Source of the DNA: an uncultured Acidobacteriota bacterium
Lineage (GTDB): Bacteria > Acidobacteriota > Blastocatellia > RBC074
Reading direction: 5' to 3'
DNA length: 64,000 nucleotides
Assembly: GCA_963796275.1 (NCBI GenBank)
Contig: CAWCKY010000003.1
Location: 640,001-704,000, forward strand
The position numbers were made by a program, and so were the translations under genes. Below the pieces are notes generated by a model. That model saw only the letters and a list, made by a program, of their open reading frames with translations. It had not been told where the DNA came from and searched no databases. Of this stretch, positions 19,744-32,054 are shown one piece after another (positions within the stretch are counted from its first letter, which is position 1; each line of letters opens with the position of its first letter).

Positions 19744-21114
19744 CTAGCTGAGGAATCCTAGGGTTCTCGGTCCGAAACGATCGAGATTCGGAAAGACGTC
19801 GGATGCATCGGCGTCGCTTAGACCGAACCACCGGGCCAGCGTATTGCCGTACTGGTCCATTGAGTTATCAGGTAACAAGGCTCCACGAAAGTTGCCCGTT
19901 ACGCTAAACAGTGGGAAGTCCCGGGCGCCGCCGATTCGCACCTCAGGGTAAGGGCCGCCGAAAAATCTGCCGCCCAGCACGGAACCGCCCATGACTAAGT
20001 AGTGGTTGGCGTATCCGTGGTCGGTGCCGTCGCCATTTTCTTTGAATGTGCGCCCGAACTCGCTGAAGGTAAAAGTTGTGACCTGGGTTTCCACGCCAAG
20101 TTCGACCGTCGCTGCGTAAAAAGCGCTCATCGCGGCATCCAACTCGCCGAGCAGCCTGGTCTGTGTGATTAACTGCGCGCCGTGCGTGTCGTAAGCGTTG
20201 CCACCTACCTGCGCGTAGAAGAGCTGTCGCCGTTCATGTCCGAGCGCACCACGCGCTGCTATTGCAATTGCGATCTGCCGCAATTGCTGGCCTACAGTGG
20301 TATTCGGAAACTGCGTCGTGAAGGGCTGGTTGGCGAACACCGTGCCGACCACCCGCGAATCATCGATGGCCCGGGATACCCGTCCGTTGAAAGCATTGAC
20401 CTGGGTTGAAGTCTCGGCGAGAGAGGTCAACTGTTTTATACCGTCAAAACGAACGGGGAGCGCACCGGTTGGTGGCAGGCCTGTGATTCCCAAATTGAGG
20501 TTGGGCTGAAGCGTGATCGACTGCGCCGAGCCTTTGAGCCACGGTGTGTTGTTGACCATCGTCATCAACATCGGAATGAGCGGCGCGGTGTTGAAGATAG
20601 GGAAATAGGCACCCATGCTATTCCCCCACCCCCTGGTGTTCTCATTGACCAGATTCTGCGAGAACACCTGTTGTTGAAAGTGGTCGAACAGACCGGACGG
20701 CGCCAGACTCGGATTGCTGAGAACCTGTTGCGGAGTCACAGGCTGTATCAGGTTGCCGACGTTGCAAACGAGGGCGACCTTGCCTTGTTGCCACAAACTG
20801 TGGATGCCGGTCAGACTCGGATGCAGACCGAAATTTCCCTCACCCGGTACACTGATCGGCAAAAGACTTCCTTGCGGGAGAGCCATCCCTCCCCGGGTCA
20901 TCGCATACGTGTTGTATGCAGCTTGATCGCGCGGCACCACGGTGTTGCATCCATCATTACCACCCTCGAGAAAGAGGCAGACCAGTGCTTTGTAGTCTCC
21001 AGTTTGAGCGGCATATGCGTTCTCCCGAGCAGCATAACTTAGTGCGGTCATCATTGCCGCCGCACCCATCCCGCCGCTGCACGATTTTAGAAATTCTCTA
21101 CGTGTGAATGACAT
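19744..21114 (-). CDS. DUF1501 domain protein, Tat-exported
   Basis: MSFTRREFLK twin-Arg signal; DYKALVCLFLEGGNDG, YDTH, FSEFGRT and GTDHG motifs; adjacent to a DUF1800 gene. Confidence 0.9.
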   Translation of the reverse strand: MSFTRREFLKSCSGGMGAAAMMTALSYAARENAYAAQTGDYKALVCLFLEGGNDGCNTVVPRDQAAYNTYAMTRGGMALPQGSLLPISVPGEGNFGLHPSLTGIHSLWQQGKVALVCNVGNLIQPVTPQQVLSNPSLAPSGLFDHFQQQVFSQNLVNENTRGWGNSMGAYFPIFNTAPLIPMLMTMVNNTPWLKGSAQSITLQPNLNLGITGLPPTGALPVRFDGIKQLTSLAETSTQVNAFNGRVSRAIDDSRVVGTVFANQPFTTQFPNTTVGQQLRQIAIAIAARGALGHERRQLFYAQVGGNAYDTHGAQLITQTRLLGELDAAMSAFYAATVELGVETQVTTFTFSEFGRTFKENGDGTDHGYANHYLVMGGSVLGGRFFGGPYPEVRIGGARDFPLFSVTGNFRGALLPDNSMDQYGNTLARWFGLSDADASDVFPNLDRFGPRTLGFLS

Positions 21115-21124
21115 GTCTCCTCCT

Positions 21125-24100
21125 TTATCTTTGCACCTGATATTGCATCGACGATGCAATGATGTAGATGGCCGTCTGGACGCGCAGACGATTGTTGTTC
21201 TGGACGCTGGTAACCGCATTGATCACAGCCTGTCGCATCTGGGCCGACATCGAATTGTGCATCAATGCCTCATTGAGTCGGTCGACCAGTTGCGCCGGAT
21301 TGGCTGCCAGTTGGTCCCAGGGCGCCAGATTGATCTGGACAGTAGTGCCATTGCCGCCTGTCGGGTTGGGATCGCCGCCTGCCTGGATGTTACCGAAGAG
21401 CAGGTCATTCAGAAGGTTCATGCGCTGGATGATCGTCGATGTCGTCAGCAGTTGTGCCGGCGGGGCAACAACCGGTTGCCCATTGACGACGATCCGGAAA
21501 TCGGGCTGGAAGTAGCTGAAGACTGAGGGGGGCGAGAAGATATCCTGGCCCATCGTCCGGCTCCTCTGTGGAATACCCCACATGCCTCCCGTGCAGTTGA
21601 GAGAGCGGAAAAGGTGTGTGAGGAAGAGCGCCGGCTCGCGCAATTTTCCGTAGATCGAGGCGGACTTGGTATTTCCGCGCGCTTCCTGATCGAGCAGAAT
21701 TGCACGAACAACAGCCTGCAGATCGCCTCTCACTCCCTCACCGTTGTTGTTGAAGACCGCCGCGACGCGCGAGATGTAGGCCGGGCTCGGGTTGCTCGTC
21801 ACCAAATGCTGGATGAGCTGGCGCCCGATGAAAGGTCCTGTATTCGGATGATTAAATGCGTTGTTGATCGTAGCGTCCAGATCCTGCTCCACCGTTTGTC
21901 CGGCTGGTATTATCTGTCCGTTAAGGAGTATCTTTGCGCCGGTATCGTGATTCGCCGAGTTAGGGATCATCGGCGCGAAAGGATTGAGCGGATTGTTATC
22001 GCCCATATTTGGCTGGCTTGCCCTGGGCGCATAGTTCCATCCAGTCAGCGCCCGCGCGCCTTCCTGAATATCGGCGATTGTATAAGTTTCCAGAGGCCGC
22101 CCTTGAGCATCCACTTGCAGGCTGCCGTCTAAATTCAGCCGGAAGGTACCGATGGTGAAGAGCTGCCAGAATTCGCGGATAAGGTTTTCGTCAGGCGATG
22201 TTCCTGTTGTCGGATTCGCCCTCTTGCTGTTCACCACGGTCAGATACGTTCCCATGATGGGACTCACCATCATTTCGCGAAGCAGTGTCCGATAGTTGCC
22301 GAATGCATTGCGAGTCAGTATGTCGTGGTACTGAGAGACCATGGCCGTCGGATCGCCGTTACCATCCTGGTTGCCAATATCAGCTGCGACAACGATCTGG
22401 CTGAGCGCGAAGGCCACTCGCTGCCGGAGTTGATCCGCCCCAGTCATCGCGTTCCGGAAGAACTGCAGATCGACGGGGTAGCTGACGAACTGACCCTGCT
22501 GCAACTGAACCAGGTTCTGATAGCCCGAGGTCGGAGCGCTGAACTGTTCGTTGAGCCATGACTCGAAGCCGATCTGCAGGACGCGATTGGCTTCCTGTAC
22601 AGTCGGTCCGTAGGTAGCCTGCTCGAGCAATCGATAGGCATCGCCAAAACCGCCGCCGCCGTCATCGGGTACGTCATCGCTTCCATCGTCGAGCACGAAG
22701 AGCCAACCGCGAATCTCGCCCTCCGGGAAATTGGCGGAGTGGACATTGACGTAGAGGCGTCCGGACTTTAACGAATTGACCTGATCCGCAACGGACAGGC
22801 CACCGATCGGTGCGAATATCCACAACAGATTCGACACCTGGCCGAGAGGCTGATCGAGGTCCAATATCGTTCCCGGTGCGGTATTGCCGGGCTCCGCAGG
22901 CCCATGAATGTGGGCCGCCGTCTCCCCAGCGCTCAGGTTGGAGAAACTCATCGAGACCAGCGCCGACGTCTCATCGGGCGAGAGAATGACATTCGATACG
23001 CCCGTTGCGGAGGTGATTACGGGAGGCACTTCACCCGCGCCGTTGAGCATAGCGAGATAGGTCCGCCGTGCAATGGGTAAACCGTCATTGTCGAATTCGC
23101 TGACGTCGGCGTGCGCGTTCGTCAGGCCTGTCCCGGATGCGCGAAACATCGCCGTCCCATTGGTTATGTCGGCATCTTCGGCCGCGCTGATCGTCACCAT
23201 CTGGGAAGTGGCGAAGTTGGCCGGCGTGAACGTCAGCGTAGCTCCGGCGGTGACATTCAAATTTGTATCGCCCGATAACCGTGCGACGGTTACCGTGACA
23301 TTCGCAGACGGCGCGCTCGCCAACCGCACACCGAACTGAGCCGAGCTGCCCTCTATCACCGGCAGCGTTCTGATAAGGTTAGTGAGAATCGATATGGGAG
23401 CGTCGTTGTCGAGCTCGGAAGCGTTGACATCCGCAGCCGTCAGGCCGGTCCCGGAAGCTCGAATTACGGCAGTGCCGTTAGTCAGATCGCCGTCCTGGGC
23501 AGCGCTGACAGTTACGTTTTGAAGAGTGGCGAAGTTGGCTGGCGTAAACGTCAGTGTTGCCCCGCCGGTCACGGTCAGATCAGTATCGCCCGAGAACCGC
23601 GTGACATTCACCGTAACGTTGGCGGCAGGGGCCGCCGACAGCCGCACGCCGAACTGCGCGCTCCCTCCCTCGTTGACGTTCAGCGTTGGGACGCTCGTCT
23701 GGATCGCGATCGCGGCGGTGTCATTGTCGGCCTCGCTCACGTTGACAGTGGCGCTGGTCAAACCGGTGCCGGATGCCTGGAAAACCGCTGTGCCGTTGGC
23801 CATATCGGCATCTTCGACGGCGCTGACCGTGACATTCTGAAGGGTAGCGAAGTTGGCCGGCGTGAATGTCAAAGTCGCCCCCCCGCTCACGGCCAGATCG
23901 GTGTCTCCCGAAAGACGTGCGACGTTGACCGTCACGTTAGCCGCGGGCGACGCCGATAGACGTACGCCGAACTGCGCGCTTCCCCCCTCGTTGACGTTCA
24001 GTGTAGGGACGCTCGTCTGGATCGCGATCGCGGCCGTGTCGTTGTCGGCCTCGCTCGCATTGACATCGACATTTGAAAGGCCGGCGGCAGAGGCTCGAAA

Positions 24101-24820
24101 GACCGCGGTCCCGTTGGATTGATCCGCATCCTCGGCCGCTCCGATCGTGACCATCTGTTGAGTGGCGAAATTGGCCGGCGTGAAGGTCAAGCTCGCGCCG
24201 CCGGTCACGGTCAGATCGGTGTCGCCGGACAGCCGCGCGACGTTCACGGTGACGTTACTTGAGGGCGCCGCCGATAATCTCACGCCGAACTGCGCGCTGC
24301 CGCCTTCATTTACGCTCAGCGAGGTTGCGCTGGTGACGATCGTCGGAGTCGTCTCGCCGCACGCCTGCCCATTGAGCGTGAAAGAGGTAGGCAGAGGATT
24401 GCTGCCTGACCAGTTGGCATTGAAGCCGAAGGAGACGGTCCCGCCGGTCGGAATGTTCGCATTATAAGAGGCATTCGTCACCGTTACATTGGCTCCGGAC
24501 TGCGTATACGAGCCGTTCCACAGCTCGTAAATTGTCTGATTGGCCGGAAAAGCCCAGGTCACAGTCCATCCGTTTATTGCAGGGCCATTATTCTTTATCG
24601 TCACATCGGCCTGAAAACCGACGTTCCATTGAGTGGTCAGACGGTAGGTGATGTTACAGGTCGATGTCGATTGCCCTTTGATCCTGTTAAGACCGCCGAA
24701 GTCGCTCACGATCATCAGCGCCATCGCCAGCACCAACAGAACTCTGAAGGCGCGCCTATGAAATCCGAATCGTGGCAATATCGGATTCCAATCTCTTCGT
24801 TTCGCCAAGATATGCCTCAT
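21125..24820 (-). CDS. Signal-CBM2-4 Calx-beta/Ig-like repeats-CHRD-DUF1800 fusion protein
   Basis: CBM2 at 24359-24658 (C...QWNVGFQADV...INGWTVTW...LWNG...C); four ~103-aa repeats ending DND; CHRD (AAHIHGPA, LYVNVHSANFPEGEIRG); DUF1800 (RLLEQATYGP, DQLRQRVAFALSQI, PDENLIRE, LVTSNPSPAYI, KLREP). Confidence 0.9.
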   Translation of the reverse strand: MRHILAKRRDWNPILPRFGFHRRAFRVLLVLAMALMIVSDFGGLNRIKGQSTSTCNITYRLTTQWNVGFQADVTIKNNGPAINGWTVTWAFPANQTIYELWNGSYTQSGANVTVTNASYNANIPTGGTVSFGFNANWSGSNPLPTSFTLNGQACGETTPTIVTSATSLSVNEGGSAQFGVRLSAAPSSNVTVNVARLSGDTDLTVTGGASLTFTPANFATQQMVTIGAAEDADQSNGTAVFRASAAGLSNVDVNASEADNDTAAIAIQTSVPTLNVNEGGSAQFGVRLSASPAANVTVNVARLSGDTDLAVSGGATLTFTPANFATLQNVTVSAVEDADMANGTAVFQASGTGLTSATVNVSEADNDTAAIAIQTSVPTLNVNEGGSAQFGVRLSAAPAANVTVNVTRFSGDTDLTVTGGATLTFTPANFATLQNVTVSAAQDGDLTNGTAVIRASGTGLTAADVNASELDNDAPISILTNLIRTLPVIEGSSAQFGVRLASAPSANVTVTVARLSGDTNLNVTAGATLTFTPANFATSQMVTISAAEDADITNGTAMFRASGTGLTNAHADVSEFDNDGLPIARRTYLAMLNGAGEVPPVITSATGVSNVILSPDETSALVSMSFSNLSAGETAAHIHGPAEPGNTAPGTILDLDQPLGQVSNLLWIFAPIGGLSVADQVNSLKSGRLYVNVHSANFPEGEIRGWLFVLDDGSDDVPDDGGGGFGDAYRLLEQATYGPTVQEANRVLQIGFESWLNEQFSAPTSGYQNLVQLQQGQFVSYPVDLQFFRNAMTGADQLRQRVAFALSQIVVAADIGNQDGNGDPTAMVSQYHDILTRNAFGNYRTLLREMMVSPIMGTYLTVVNSKRANPTTGTSPDENLIREFWQLFTIGTFRLNLDGSLQVDAQGRPLETYTIADIQEGARALTGWNYAPRASQPNMGDNNPLNPFAPMIPNSANHDTGAKILLNGQIIPAGQTVEQDLDATINNAFNHPNTGPFIGRQLIQHLVTSNPSPAYISRVAAVFNNNGEGVRGDLQAVVRAILLDQEARGNTKSASIYGKLREPALFLTHLFRSLNCTGGMWGIPQRSRTMGQDIFSPPSVFSYFQPDFRIVVNGQPVVAPPAQLLTTSTIIQRMNLLNDLLFGNIQAGGDPNPTGGNGTTVQINLAPWDQLAANPAQLVDRLNEALMHNSMSAQMRQAVINAVTSVQNNNRLRVQTAIYIIASSMQYQVQR

Positions 24821-24996
24821 TTTTATCTCCTTACTGTTTTTCCATCAGGCATTGGGTGAATGGAGTATTTTTGCCTCATTAACAAGAACCGCTAGGCTCC
24901 TAAGCCGCGTTTTTCACGGTGAGGAGGATTAGCTGTCGCTTTTGATTTTTGCCTCTTTGAGTCCATCCCATTTATTTCTTGTCTAACTGCTTGGAA

Positions 24997-27900
24997 CTAG
25001 AAATGCCCGGTCTGCGTGTAGCTCACGCCCCCGGTCGTATATGTGATCGTATAGGTGTCTCCGCTCATCGGATGAGCCGTGCCTGTTCCGCCGCTTTGTG
25101 TCGCAAATGTTCGATTCGAACCAGTCCCCAGCGTCTGTCCGGCTGCCAGGTTGAACTGATATGTGATGGCCGTCCCTGTGCTGCTGTTGCTTTGGAGTAT
25201 CTGCCCGCCGACCGTGTTGTACTGCCCGCTGTGGCTGATGCCTCCGGTCCGTTGGATGACGATCGTCAGCGTCAGCGAGGTGATCGCCGCGCTGTTGCTC
25301 AGACGAAGTACCTCTTCGTTGAACCACGGACCGCTCGCCCCGATAACCGGTGTAACTGTGACGCCACCGGTCCCCCCGGTCGCCTCACTCACAGTGATAT
25401 TGATCGATGCGGTTCGCGTCAGACCTCCGCCCGTCCCGGTGATCGTGACGGTTGCGACCCCGATGGCGGCAGTGCTCGATGCCGTAAAAATTGCGGTGCT
25501 CGTAGTTCCGGTCGTAGATGATGGGTTTAAACTCACGGTCACGCCGCTCGGCAAATTGCTCGCGCTGAAGGCCACGCCGCTCACGAAACCGCCGCTGCGC
25601 GTTATAGTGATGGCGCTCGTCCCACTCGCACCGCGATTGATCGTTCCGCTCGCGGGTCCGGCGGATATGGCGAAGTCAGGCTGCTGCGGCGCATTCACCG
25701 TCAGGTTGATCGCGGTGGTACGAGTCAGCTCGCCACTGGCGCCGGTGACGGTAAGTGTTGCGGGTCCGGTTGCGGCTCCGCTCGAAGCGGCTAAGGTCAG
25801 GGTCGTACCGGCTCCCGTCGTGGAGGCCGGGCTGAAGCTCGCGGTCACTCCACTCGGCAAACCGCTCGCACTGAAGGCAACCCTGCCGGTGAACCCGTTG
25901 CTGCGTGTAATGGCGACGGCGCTGTTTCCGCTCGCGCCCCGGTTCATCGCCATGCTCGATGGGCTCGCTGAAATCGAGAAGTCGGGATTGGGAGCCGTGT
26001 TGTTCGGATCACCATAGATTATCCCGCGCCCGTTCGTGCTGATGTACACTCGCCCATAAACTCGAGGATCGCCCGTGATCGCCGCGTCAGTCGATCCATA
26101 CTGATGCAGGTCATCATTGATCCGCACCCAGCTCGCACCCATATCGTCAGATCGGAATATGCCGCGGATACTGTTCACTTGCGCGCTGCTGTAAATCGCC
26201 ATATAGGTCTGGCCCGGCGCTGCTCTCCCAAAGCCGATCGTATTCGCCTCTTCGACATTCGATACCCGCGTGAAGCTCGCTCCCGAGTTGGTCGAGCGCC
26301 AAAGTCCGCCCTCGCCGCCAGCCAGCCAGACGTCTCCCTCGTGGCCGGGCACCGCTTTGAACTTCGCCGAACCTGGAAGTCCCGTCGCAGCCGCGGTGAA
26401 ATTGGCGCCTCCATTGGTGCTCACATAGAACGTTCCGTTCGCGAACCCGTAAAACTTCATCGAGTTCACGCGGTCTGAGCCGACGCGCGCTCCCGCGGGA
26501 ATTCCCACGGATTGCGTCCAGGAGCTTCCATTGTTGGTCGAGAAGTGCACCGCCGCGCCCGAAGGACTCCAGATTACCCTGCTGCCATTGGCCGACGCGG
26601 CGACCGTCCCACCTCCGTTTACCCCGCCCGGTTGAGCGCTGCCCGCGAACCAGCTCGTTCCGCCGTCGAAGGAGAAGCCGGAACTGTTGGTGCCGGCGCT
26701 GGCGTTCCCGACGCGGACGATGAAGTTCGGCATAAGTTCCGCGTAGTCCAGGCTGGTGGTACTTACGAAAGTTGGGCTGGTCATCATCATCGCTGGAACA
26801 GCCGCCAGGTTGTCGTGACGGAAGCCGCAGATGTCCCCCAGGCCGCTCAAAAGCGGGGCACCCGATGGTGGGCTGATCAGGTCAAGAACGGCCGTCTCTT
26901 CCAGACCCTGAACCTTGACCGAGATGTTGATGGTTCCACCTGTGTCCCAGGCGGTCAGATTGTCGCTGCCGTAGATGGTTGCGCCCGTGCCATAGAACAT
27001 CCGGTTGGAGTTGAACGGATCGATCTCGAGGTCTCCCACCATCCAGCCGAGCTTCGGAGTGATCTCCGGTAAGGCCGGGTTTGCCCCAAATGTTAACCAG
27101 GGCGCGGCGGTGATGTTCTGCGCATATCGGAAAGTTCGATTGGGATACGCTCCCCAGTCCCATATCCTGGTCCAGCTCGCGCCGGCGTTGGTGCTGCGGA
27201 AGATGATCGTGTCGGGCCACCACGAGTTCAAAGCGGCGACCATAATGATGTTGGGATTCTGCCCATCGACCGTCAAACCTCCGTAGCCGAAATAGTTGTC
27301 GGAGCTCGAAGATGGCACGGGGCTGATCATCGTCCACGTCCCGCTCGACGTGTCGAACTTCCAGACATCGCCTTTTTCACCATCGTATGGACCCGCGCCG
27401 TCGCTGTAGCTGATGTACAGCATTCCATTTGACGACAGGACGCCGTGATGAGGCAGATAGCCGGCCGGCTGGCCCGGAACGGCAGCCCAGGAAGCTCCGC
27501 CATCGGTGCTGCGGTAAATGCTGGTACCTTGATCTGCCACGCCGGCATAGATGGTCTGTGTCGTATTGCCGGGCGTGCCCGTCCTCGGATCGAAGGTGAT
27601 CCACACGACTCCGACGATGTCGCCCGTGTATGAATTGCTGGGGTCTTCGACATAAGTGCCGGCGTTCGGGAAGTTCGTGACTCTGGCCCACGTCACGCCG
27701 AAGTCGGCGCTCCTCCAGAGGCCGTTGCCGCTCCGCGCGCCCATGTACAGAATGCTATTTCGGTTGGGATCGATCGCCAGGCGTTCGCCCATAGAGCGGC
27801 CCGGCATATTCCCCCCCACTTTGAATGGCAGATTTGTGCGCTGCCAGGTGTTCCCACGGTCGGTAGAGCGGAGGATGGCGCCATTCATGGCTCGTCCATT

Positions 27901-28282
27901 CGTTGGTGTAGGTCCCGGCGGCAATATAGACGCGGTTCGGGTCGCGCGGGTCGGTGGCTATGCTATCGACGCCGGTCAGGTTCCAGTCATCGAAGCCGAT
28001 CCAGTCGAGCAGCGGAATCCAGCTATTGGTGGCGGGATTCCACCGATAGGCGCCTCCGATGTCGGTGCGGGCATAGACGAGATTCGGTTCGCTTGTGTTG
28101 AAGACGATGCCGGGGACGAAGCCGCCGCCGTTGATGATGACGTTACGCCAGGCATACGCCTCGACAGATTGCGCGTGAGCGGGAGGAGCATTCAATCCTA
28201 GCTTGATCGCGAGCAACGCCACGAAGCTGATGGCTGAAAACAGAGTGATTCTAAGGAGAATAGTCGTGGGCCGGATTGACAT
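24997..28282 (-). pseudogene. GH74 xyloglucanase/endoglucanase with 2 Ig-like repeats and the shared C-terminal X domain, split by a 1-nt frameshift near 27886-27890
   Basis: The 5' ORF has the signal peptide, GGGFVPG and YARTDIGGAYRW. The 3' ORF continues NGAILRSTDRG...GGNMPGRSMGERL...GDICGF. The junction TGG ACG AGC C ATG AAT GGC has one extra base. Confidence 0.88.
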
Positions 28283-28516
28283 ATTCTTTTCCTCCGTAGC
28301 TGGTGCTTAGTTTGGTGCTTAGTCGATGTTATGTAGCTCTGTTCGTATCACAGAAGCATTTTTTTCTTGGTTTTTTACCGAAGAGGCGGAGAGTACGCAG
28401 AGGCAATACAGAGGTATAAATTTGGCTTCGTTATCCTTTGCGCTGCCTCTGCGTTCTCTTCGCCTCTTCGGTGAGAATTGACTTTTCGACGATATAATTT
28501 GCGTCTGGGTTATTCA

Positions 28517-28570
28517 CTGAGGCTGGAGAAGGCCGTGCGTTTATGCCGACCTAGAACCTGCCAGCCTCAG
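28517..28570 (-). terminator. Stem-loop 3' of the GH9-CBM3c-CBM2 gene
   Basis: 10-bp stem CTGAGGCTGG/CCAGCCTCAG 16 bp after the stop codon; no strong U tract. Confidence 0.45.
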
Positions 28571-28586
28571 CTACCTCACCTCTCTG

Positions 28587-31073
<2,487 letters not shown>

Positions 31074-31524
31074 CTAAAAAGAAGATCGGTCGTTTGATTG
31101 CCTGCCCTGGATGGTTTTCACCTGATGTCCCTAATGTCCAAGTCGTTTTCTAATAAATCGGTACCAGATGACTGGCACACTTAAGTGTTCTTGCCGGGAC
31201 GACACAACCTTCTAATGCAGAAATAACAGACCTGCTATTTATTTCGTGTGCTTCAAGAAAGCTCTGATAACGCTACTTGAGCTTTGGGAGTGATACTTCA
31301 AGGTGCGTGTCTCGCAAACAATTGCCGTCAACGAGAAGGGGTGGTTAATTTCTAATATAACCAGATGGAAGGAGGACCACCACCTCAAAGCAAATCAAAT
31401 TAGAGAGAAGATTAAGTTATTAATCTATATAGGGGATTCGTCGCGTCTTGTTGACAACGCGAATGCAGCTTATGCCCACGTATTTGTAGAGGTCAATGGT
31501 TTTACTGATATCTAACTGTGCATT

Positions 31525-31540
31525 ACCGTTAGGTAACGGT
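31525..31540. promoter_or_regulatory. Palindrome ACCGTTA-GG-TAACGGT in the divergent intergenic region, possible operator
   Basis: 7-bp perfect inverted repeat midway between the cellulase cluster start and the CHAT gene start. Confidence 0.3.
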
Positions 31541-32054
31541 TAGCGGGACCATGTCATATCTTTCTAAAGAAAAAACTTAGAGGTTGTAAAGTAAGAGTTG
31601 ATCCTCTCCGCCGAGATTAACTGGTCCGCGAGGTTTTTATGGATATAGGGACATGCGAATCTGCCGCTTGGGAAACCGGTAAATATTTTAACTCTCTATG
31701 GTCGTTTTGAGACTCTGTGGAACACCGAGCCATCCCAGGTCAGGCAGTTTGCGGCAAATTGATTTGTGGCAAATTGAAATGATATTTCTTTTTTTCGCTG
31801 TCTCTTTTACAATGCGCTCGCCTAGAGTTCGAAAAAGATAAAGATATCTTCCACTTGGATTGCTTTTTCAGGTTGGATCGACGACCCGCTAGGAGCGACA
31901 AAGAATAGTGCCGACTCAACTGGCCGTGAGTACGGTTCCTTTAAATCATGAATAACATTGAGTCAATCCTCAAAGCATACTGACTCGGAGCGCCATTTCT
32001 GCAGTCTCAAATGATCCCCGTTTTCCATTCAAATTAGAACCAGAGGAGGTTTTT

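Noticed and set aside
13151-26017. Long plus-strand ORFs (13151-14053, 16591-17355, 17352-18218, 25163-26017)
   Set aside because: Antisense shadows of Thr/Gly/Ser-rich minus-strand genes with clear domain content.
27880-27900. Programmed ribosomal frameshift in GH74
   Set aside because: No slippery heptamer or homopolymer at the junction; an error or point mutation is simpler.
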